Position numbers and translations under genes: made by a program. The notes below the pieces were generated by a model that saw only the letters and a list, made by a program, of their open reading frames with translations, was not told the origin of the DNA and did no database searches. From Candidatus Omnitrophota bacterium (GTDB lineage Bacteria > Omnitrophota > Gorgyraeia > Duberdicusellales > 4484-171), in assembly GCA_003154195.1 (NCBI GenBank), contig PMCS01000029.1:208703-272702 (forward strand): DNA of 64,000 nucleotides. The letters are read 5' to 3'. Positions within the stretch are counted from its first letter, which is position 1. Every line of letters starts with the position of its first letter. This document shows positions 57,600 to 64,000 of this stretch, piece after piece.

Positions 57600-57745
57600 T
57601 TTAGGATATCAGGGGATCAGGATATCGGGATTTGGGGATTAGGGAATCGGGAGATTAGGAAAAATACCCAAGAGGCGATAGCCGGCTACCAAATATCCCA
57701 ATCTCCTCATTTCCCGATCCCGATTTCCTGATATTCCAATCCCCT
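57600..57745. repeat. Long imperfect hairpin built from GGGA(T)/ATCCC-type simple repeats
   Basis: Left arm aggatatcaggggatcaggatatcgggatttggggattagggaatcgggagattagg. Right arm cccaatctcctcatttcccgatcccgatttcctgatattccaatcccc is its approximate reverse complement. Loop is about 30 nt. Intergenic. Confidence 0.5.
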
Positions 57746-57762
57746 TTATTTAAGGAAATAAT

Positions 57763-59154
57763 ATGCCCGACATAAAGCTATCCATAATCATCCCGGTCTA
57801 TAACGAAATAAATTCGGTCATGGAGATCCTCCGTCTTGTTAAAAATGAGCGGCATAACAAGGAAATAATCATCGTTGATGACGGATCTACCGATGGCACG
57901 CGTGAATTGCTGGAGCAGATAAGCGGCGATAATATTAAAGTTTTGTTTAATGAGGAAAACCACGGCAAAGGTTATTGCCTGCGCCGCGCTATCGGCCATG
58001 CGGGAGGCGATATCACGATAATCCAGGACGCGGATTTAGAATATTATCCCGATGAATACGGCAGTCTGATTGAGAAAATTGTTGAGGGCAAGGCCGATGT
58101 GGTATACGGCAGCCGTTTCCTGGGAAGCCATCGCGTCTTTCATTTTTATCATTACCTGGGCAACATGGCGGTAAATTTAGCGGCCAATATTTTGTTGGAT
58201 GCCAATCTTACGGATTTGATGACTTGTTATAAAGCTTTCAAAACCCCTTTACTGAAAAAAATGCTTTTAAAAGCCGATCGGTTCGGGATAGAAACGGAAA
58301 TCACGGCGGAAATTTTTAAAAGAAAATACCGGGTTTACGAAACGCCGATATCCTATAACGGCAGGACGCTGGAAGAAGGTAAGAAAATAAAATGGACGGA
58401 TTTTTTCCACTGCATATATTGGCTGTTACGGGCAAGTATGCGCACGGTAGATGTCGGCCATGAAACATTATTAAAACTTACGGCGATGAAAAATAACAAT
58501 GCCTGGGTTTATGATAAAGTTAAACCGTTTTTAGGAAAAAATATTATCGAGCTTGGTTCCGGCATCGGAACAATTTCGCGCTACCTTATCGCTAGGGGCC
58601 GCAAGGTAACGCTTACGGAAATAAACGAGGAATACGCGCGATATTTACAAAGCCGTTTTTCCGCCAATCCTTCCGTGAAGATTGTAAAAGCGGATGTTTC
58701 CGGTATTGATAAAATTTTTGACGCCGGTTCTTTTGACTCAGCCGTGGGCATCAATCTTTTAGAACATATCGATAATGACGCGCAATTACTGAAGGGTATT
58801 TTTAAAATATTGACGCCGGGAGGGAAGTTGATTTTGATTGTCCCGGCGCATAAAGCGCTTTTTTCCCGGTTCGACCGCGACGTGGGGCATCAACGCCGAT
58901 ATTCTAAAAAGGAATTGACCGATAAATTAACCGAAGCTGGTTTTACCGTAGAGGCGGCGGAATACATGAATTTTTTCTCGTCGGCCGGGTGGTTTATCAA
59001 TTTCCGTATTTTTAAGATGAAACAAATGCCCAATTTTACCGTCAAGCTGCTGGATCGGTTTATTCCTTTTATCGCCTGGATTGAAAAATATATCAGGTTT
59101 CCCTTCGGCCTTTCATTATTTTTTGCCGCGCAAAAAAAAGTCATCAGTAAATAA
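57763..59154 (+). CDS. Bifunctional family 2 glycosyltransferase (DPM1/ArnC-like) / class I SAM-dependent methyltransferase fusion
   Basis: 463 aa. GT2 LSIIIPVYNE ... IIVDDGSTDGT ... DADLEY. C-terminal MT motif I NIIELGSGIGTIS. Confidence 0.75.
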   Translation: MPDIKLSIIIPVYNEINSVMEILRLVKNERHNKEIIIVDDGSTDGTRELLEQISGDNIKVLFNEENHGKGYCLRRAIGHAGGDITIIQDADLEYYPDEYGSLIEKIVEGKADVVYGSRFLGSHRVFHFYHYLGNMAVNLAANILLDANLTDLMTCYKAFKTPLLKKMLLKADRFGIETEITAEIFKRKYRVYETPISYNGRTLEEGKKIKWTDFFHCIYWLLRASMRTVDVGHETLLKLTAMKNNNAWVYDKVKPFLGKNIIELGSGIGTISRYLIARGRKVTLTEINEEYARYLQSRFSANPSVKIVKADVSGIDKIFDAGSFDSAVGINLLEHIDNDAQLLKGIFKILTPGGKLILIVPAHKALFSRFDRDVGHQRRYSKKELTDKLTEAGFTVEAAEYMNFFSSAGWFINFRIFKMKQMPNFTVKLLDRFIPFIAWIEKYIRFPFGLSLFFAAQKKVISK

Positions 59155-59240
59155 TGTGGAGTTTTGCATAACCTCTTATGGGATGAAGAGAAATAGGAGA
59201 AAACTTTTGTGCAACCGAATATAACAATAACCCCCCAAAA

Positions 59241-59340
59241 ATTTTACCACCAGGCACCAAGACACTGAAAATTTAAAAATCATATCTTTTCTTTGTGTCC
59301 TTCGTGCCTTCGTGGTTAAAATAGTTTATTCTATGGTTAA
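59241..59340. repeat. Intergenic hairpin element, copy C (family of 3121-3250 and 8235-8385)
   Basis: ttttaccaccaggcaccaagacac paired with ttctttgtgtccttcgtgccttcgtggttaaa, then atagtttattctatggtt. Confidence 0.5.
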
Positions 59341-60727
59341 AAAAAGTTTCATAAACGATTTTTTTCTCATCGGCGTTATTTTAGCGTTAACTTACCTCAT
59401 TTTTACCTTTATCGGTTTATCCCCCCATACTTTTTTTATTCTCGGCGGCCTGGCTATTTTTTTTATCGCTTTTTTCCGGACAGATTTTGCTCTCGTAGTT
59501 TTGATTTTTTCCATGCTCCTTTCCCCGGAATTCGGCGTAGGCCACGCCGGCGGAAGAGAAGTGATGGTGCGGCTCGACGATATCTTTTTATTTATTGTTT
59601 TTTTGGGATGGATGGCAAAAATGGCGGTTAGTAAAGAGCTGGGGTTGCTGCGAATTTCATCCCTTAATCTGCCAATCTTAGCGTATATCGCCGTTTGCAT
59701 AATCTCTTCTATTCTGGGGATTTTAAGAGGGGAGGTGACATTCAAGGGTAGTATTTTTTATATTTTAAAATATGTGGAATATTTTCTGGTATTTTTTATG
59801 GTAACCAATAATATACGCGATATGGAGCAGATAAAAAAATTCATTTTTTATATGATTTTTGTCTGCTTCCTTATAAGTCTCTATGCCTGGTTTTCGCATT
59901 CTTCAGGGGCCGAGCGCGTCAGCGCTCCTTTCGAAGGCAAATCCGGCGAGCCGAATACCCTGGGGGGATATTTGCTTTTACTGATAATGGTTTGTATAGG
60001 ATTATTATTAAATTTAGAGCAGAGAAATTATAAGATTTTTCTCTTTCTGGTCATTTTTTTTGCTTTTCCCGCTTTTTTGTTCACCCTTTCTCGCGGTTCG
60101 TGGCTGGGATTTATTCTCGGTTATCCGGTATTAATATTTCTTACAAAAAAAGGCAAGACGGTTCTCTTAGGTATTTTTATTATACTTCTGTTTTTATCCT
60201 CCGTAGTGTTTCCCAAATATGTATATAAAAGAGTCCAGGAGACTTTTTCTAAACGGACAGAGCGTACAATCCTGGGGAGGCGTTTCAATATCGATCCGTC
60301 TGCGGCGGCGCGTATTGATACCTGGAGAGAAGGCATAAAATTATGGAGTAAATCACCTTTCTGGGGGCATGGTGTGGGGATAGCCGGGTCCGTTGTCGAT
60401 AATGAGTATACCCGTATACTTATCGAGGTCGGCTTGATAGGGTTTGCCGCTTTTTTCTGGATTATATTAACGCTATTTAAGCATTCTTTCATAAATTTAC
60501 GCTTGCTTGAATATGATAATTTTTCCAATGGAATCATTGCCGGATTTAGTGCAGGGTTAGTGGGTCTTTTGGGGCATTGTTTAAGCGCGGGAACATTCAT
60601 CATCATAAGGATTATGGAGCCGTTTTGGTTTTTTGCGGCGATAGTAATGCTCCTTCCGGAATTAATTAATGAGACTTCGCCGAGCGCAAGCCCGGAGGGC
60701 GCAGCAGGAGGCGGTAGTGAAACTTAG
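59333..60727 (+). CDS. O-antigen ligase / Wzy-like polymerase family membrane protein
   Basis: About 12 TMs with a large loop (Wzy_C-like). ORF-track frame opens with GTG at 59312 inside the repeat; the ATG at 59333 is more plausible. Confidence 0.6.
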   Translation: MVKKSFINDFFLIGVILALTYLIFTFIGLSPHTFFILGGLAIFFIAFFRTDFALVVLIFSMLLSPEFGVGHAGGREVMVRLDDIFLFIVFLGWMAKMAVSKELGLLRISSLNLPILAYIAVCIISSILGILRGEVTFKGSIFYILKYVEYFLVFFMVTNNIRDMEQIKKFIFYMIFVCFLISLYAWFSHSSGAERVSAPFEGKSGEPNTLGGYLLLLIMVCIGLLLNLEQRNYKIFLFLVIFFAFPAFLFTLSRGSWLGFILGYPVLIFLTKKGKTVLLGIFIILLFLSSVVFPKYVYKRVQETFSKRTERTILGRRFNIDPSAAARIDTWREGIKLWSKSPFWGHGVGIAGSVVDNEYTRILIEVGLIGFAAFFWIILTLFKHSFINLRLLEYDNFSNGIIAGFSAGLVGLLGHCLSAGTFIIIRIMEPFWFFAAIVMLLPELINETSPSASPEGAAGGGSET

Positions 60728-60759
60728 ACATTTGTAAGCCGAAGGCGAAACAAATGTCT
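60726..60759 (+). terminator. Hairpin immediately after the Wzy-like gene (agacatttgt ... acaaatgtct), inside a repeat-module patch
   Basis: 10-bp perfect stem. No T-run follows. Confidence 0.25.
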
Positions 60760-60987
60760 GTAGTTGAACTATCCCCGCAAGGGGATAGTCGAATCAATGA
60801 AACTAAGTCCCGCTGTATTCGGTGGACCAAGTTTCATTGCCCGGAGCGAAGCGGAGGGGTTTGAGACTTCGCCGTAAAAAAGTCAGGCCGCTGGAAGCGG
60901 GCGTCAAGATTTTTCCCCGGACTTCATTAGGGTATAGGCAGTTATCCGGACTTTTATATTTTACTATACTGCAAGAAGTTATCCATT

Positions 60988-62718
60988 ATGAATAAAAATA
61001 TAGAGAGGTTTACGGCGACAAGCATAAAAATACTTACTATCGCCGCGATGGTATTATCGGTGTTTTCTCTTATTTTTGTTTGCCTGCCGAATAATTTGTT
61101 GCTTCCCTGGTTTACAAAATTAGCTTATATTTTTATTGATAAAGATAGAATCGCCGGCGCAGTAGATCGATTGCCGCAAGAATTGAGCCATATCATCGCG
61201 CAGCTAAAATCCCTTTTGCTTTTTTCTTCCGGCATGATTATTGCCTGGGGCTTGTTGTGGAATTATATTTTTAGAAAAAGTCTGGCTCAGCCGACCGGTA
61301 AAGAAATCGCACCGCAACAATACGCTTATTTTCCCGCGCGAATAATTGTTTTTCTTACCCCTATTGCCTTGATTTTAAGATTGGTAAATTTTAACCAGAG
61401 TTTTTGGTTTGACGAACTCAACCGTAGTTTTTTGACACTAGGATTCATCGAAAGTATTTCCAAAATAATCCTATCGGGCGTGCACGTATTTTATAGCATT
61501 GTCGGCCGTGTCTTCTTATTATTTTTCGGCCGTCACGAGTGGGCTTTCCGACTGCCGGCATTGATTTTGAGTATTGTTTCTATTTGGTCATTACCCCGAT
61601 TATCCCGGATTTTAAAAGAAAGAAGCATTGTTGTTATCAGCATTATTCTTTTTGTTTTTTCCCCGGCCCAGATAAATTTTAGCCAACAGGCAAAAGGGTA
61701 TACCGCTTTGATGTTTTTTACGATTCTCTCCAGTTATGCTTTTTTCCGGATCATTGAAGAAGACAGCAAAAATTTGTGGCGCATATACACGGTAAGCTCT
61801 ATTTTAGGGCTTTGGACGCATACTTATATGGGCATGGTGACTATCAGCCAAATTGTTACAATACTATTAGGGCTTTTTGTGTTTAAGGGTGACGATAAGA
61901 CCCACGTTCCTTTAATTGATTTTAAAACCGCCAATAAATTTTTTCTGTCCATAACACTTTCGTTCGCTTGTGTTTTTTTTCTATATTTGCCGTCATTACC
62001 GGAGTTAATTTCTTATACCTTGCGCGATTATCCCCGGCAGAATCTCGATTTAAATTTTGCTATTTCATTGTTCGATATGCTGGGTTGCCCGGGCGGTAAC
62101 ATTTATGTTTCTATCTCGTATATATTTCTATTTTTTTTAGGTATAATATTTATGTGGCGTAAAAACAAAATTTTCTGCTTATTTACCTTAAATTTATTAT
62201 TTATACCTTTATTACTGGCTAAACTGACTAAGCCGATTTACCTTTACGAGCGATTTTTTATTTTTGTGTTGCCGTTTTATCTTATTTTTTCTGCCGCCGG
62301 TATTTATGGTATAGTAACAGGCGCGCGTTTTAAGAAACCTATTTTTATCTACGGCGTTATCGTGGCCCTATTGGTTGCGGCAAATTTTTCGCCGCTTTTC
62401 GATATATTGACAAAGCCCCAGCAGGACTATCGTGCTGCCGCCGGATTTATCAAAGAAATCGCTAAGGCCGACAGAGATACGGTGATTGTTGCTCCCGGGG
62501 TTGCCGGCGCCGAAGTAAGTTTTTATTTAAATGATTACCGGGTCGTCAGGGTAAAAACGCTGCCGGAGGTTAAAAAGGTATTGTCTGATTACGCTAAGCC
62601 CGTATTTTTTATAACTTACCACTCTACTATCGATAAGGCAATTTTAGGATTTATCGAAAAGAACTATAAACCGGCAGCTTTTTATCTGTCGCGCTCGACG
62701 ATAGCGATATATAAATAA
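60988..62718 (+). CDS. Polytopic membrane protein, probable GT-C-type glycosyltransferase (third ArnT/PMT-like paralog)
   Basis: 576 aa. More than 10 TMs and a C-terminal soluble domain. Architecture similar to 37320 and 40951; family assignment is inferred, not motif-proven. Confidence 0.4.
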   Translation: MNKNIERFTATSIKILTIAAMVLSVFSLIFVCLPNNLLLPWFTKLAYIFIDKDRIAGAVDRLPQELSHIIAQLKSLLLFSSGMIIAWGLLWNYIFRKSLAQPTGKEIAPQQYAYFPARIIVFLTPIALILRLVNFNQSFWFDELNRSFLTLGFIESISKIILSGVHVFYSIVGRVFLLFFGRHEWAFRLPALILSIVSIWSLPRLSRILKERSIVVISIILFVFSPAQINFSQQAKGYTALMFFTILSSYAFFRIIEEDSKNLWRIYTVSSILGLWTHTYMGMVTISQIVTILLGLFVFKGDDKTHVPLIDFKTANKFFLSITLSFACVFFLYLPSLPELISYTLRDYPRQNLDLNFAISLFDMLGCPGGNIYVSISYIFLFFLGIIFMWRKNKIFCLFTLNLLFIPLLLAKLTKPIYLYERFFIFVLPFYLIFSAAGIYGIVTGARFKKPIFIYGVIVALLVAANFSPLFDILTKPQQDYRAAAGFIKEIAKADRDTVIVAPGVAGAEVSFYLNDYRVVRVKTLPEVKKVLSDYAKPVFFITYHSTIDKAILGFIEKNYKPAAFYLSRSTIAIYK

Positions 62719-62720
62719 TT

Positions 62721-63392
62721 ATGCAATTTATTAAAAAATACATACGGCAAATTTTTAAATCTCTTGGTTTTGAAATACATAAGATTATTGCTATCCCATG
62801 GGGCGCGGGTGATGATTTCGAACAATCATTCAATGAGGTTAATAAAAATGAATTAATTAGCTCAGGGCGTTGTTTTTTGCTCTGGCAGTTAGGAAGATAT
62901 GCATCTAAAAAAGAAGGCGATGTAGCTGAGGTCGGCGTTTATAAGGGCGGTTCGGCAAAAATTATATCTAAAATCTGTCCCAATAAAAAAATACATCTTT
63001 TTGATACATTTTCAGGAATGCCCCAGGAAACTACCGGAGTAGATCTTCATAAAAAAGGAGAGTTTAGCGATACTTCCCTGGATTTAGTAAAAACATTTCT
63101 GGCTGATTGTGTCAATGTCGTATTTCACCCCGGTTTTTTTCCTGCTACTGCCGCGACTCTCAATAATGCAAAATTTTGTTTTGTGCACGTCGATGCGGAT
63201 ATCTATCCGTCCGTTAAGAGTTCTTTGGAATTCTTTTACCATAAAATGGTTATCGGCGGTATCATAGTATTTGATGATTACAAGTGGGATATGTGTCCGG
63301 GGGTAGAAAAGGCTGTTGATGAATTTTTTAAAGATAAAGCTGAGAAGCCGATCGTAATAGAAAAATTCCAATGCATGATAATAAAAATATAG
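62721..63392 (+). CDS. TylF/MycF-family class I SAM-dependent (macrocin-type) O-methyltransferase
   Basis: 223 aa. VGVYKGGSAKIISKI ... HLFDTFSGMP ... FVHVDADIY is typical of the TylF family. Confidence 0.7.
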   Translation: MQFIKKYIRQIFKSLGFEIHKIIAIPWGAGDDFEQSFNEVNKNELISSGRCFLLWQLGRYASKKEGDVAEVGVYKGGSAKIISKICPNKKIHLFDTFSGMPQETTGVDLHKKGEFSDTSLDLVKTFLADCVNVVFHPGFFPATAATLNNAKFCFVHVDADIYPSVKSSLEFFYHKMVIGGIIVFDDYKWDMCPGVEKAVDEFFKDKAEKPIVIEKFQCMIIKI

Positions 63393-64000
63393 CTTGCAAA
63401 GATTATTACGATTACATTAATTGCCCTTTGTGTCAATCGCGCAGCAGCGTTCGTCTTTATTCGTTTGATTACAAGAAAATTTATTTTGAGTTTCCTTTTG
63501 TTTTGGTTCGGTGCAAAGACTGCGGTTTTATTTACAACCGCAACCGCCTGAAAACAGAGCAGCTTAACAAACTATATAACACCGATTATTATGTTATTGA
63601 CCCTAAGGGGTTAGAAAAAAGGTTGTGGTTCCCGGCGGTAGAAGATTATTTAAATAAGATAAGGCCTTTAGAGGAAAAAATCTCCGGCAGAAATTTTCTG
63701 GATATCGGCTGCGGCATGGGTTTCCTGCTGAAAATCTGCCGGGATAACGGCTGGACGGTTAAGGGGGTGGATGTTTCGGCTACGGCAGTGGAATATGCCG
63801 GAAAAAATCTCGGCATAAAAGTAGAACCGGGCAGGATGGAAGATGTTGATTTCGGGGAAAATAAATTTAACCTTATTTGCGCTTTGGATTTGCTCGAACA
63901 TTTGGAACAACCCCTGAAATTTATCGAGCTTTGCTACGAATTGCTGGAAAAAAACGGTATCCTGGTTATGGAAACTCCCAACGCAGGGAGTATCTATAAA
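63372..64000 (+). CDS. Class I SAM-dependent methyltransferase with N-terminal zinc-ribbon (partial; runs off the window end)
   Basis: Not in the ORF track because it is open-ended. MHDNKNIACKDYYDYINCPLCQ ... CKDCGF, then motif I LDIGCGMGFL. Confidence 0.55.

Noticed and set aside
1-64000. CRISPR array
   Set aside because: The repeats found are inverted, modular and irregularly spaced, not regularly spaced direct repeats. No cas genes are present.

Overview
The window is a gene-dense, almost entirely plus-strand segment from an uncultivated-looking bacterium with no rRNA or CRISPR. It runs through four blocks.
(1) Housekeeping genes: gatA, gatB, an S41 Ctp protease, tsaD, an MgtC-family protein, LarB and LarC, and endonuclease III.
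(2) A signalling and efflux block: PAS and hybrid histidine kinases, several stand-alone receiver proteins, a TolC/EmrA/EmrB-type tripartite pump, and two ExeA-like AAA ATPases flanking a receiver and followed by an HD-GYP phosphodiesterase.
(3) A tRNA-Met(CAT) gene with a decayed upstream duplicate, next to a low-GC two-gene islet.
(4) A large polysaccharide locus from about 32 kb to the window end: Wza-like exporter, ArnC-like GT2, DegT/ArnB-like aminotransferase, Wzc BY-kinase, Wzy/O-antigen-ligase-like protein, GT4 enzymes and methyltransferases.
Embedded in block 4 at about 35.5-54.3 kb is the most interesting part. Two B12-binding radical SAM genes are each paired with an ArnT/PMT-like GT-C membrane glycosyltransferase, one of which carries an N-terminal S24/S26 peptidase-like domain. 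These are followed, translationally coupled, by a PqqD-like RRE gene, a 69-aa peptide ORF with six Cys in a 46-aa Asn/Ser/Thr-rich C-terminal region, three SPASM-type radical SAM genes, an HPr-kinase-like kinase, an ABC exporter without a C39 peptidase domain, a fourth radical SAM on the minus strand with a decayed partial duplicate, and a PF14907-like nucleotidyltransferase. I read this as a candidate, apparently undescribed RiPP system (ranthipeptide/sactipeptide-like with lasso-type tailoring genes) coupled to glycosylation.
The window also contains several families of dispersed intergenic repeats: an 88-bp inverted pair bracketing 10.4 kb, two MITE-like elements with about 20-bp terminal inverted repeats, a hairpin element recurring just upstream of start codons, and long imperfect hairpins.
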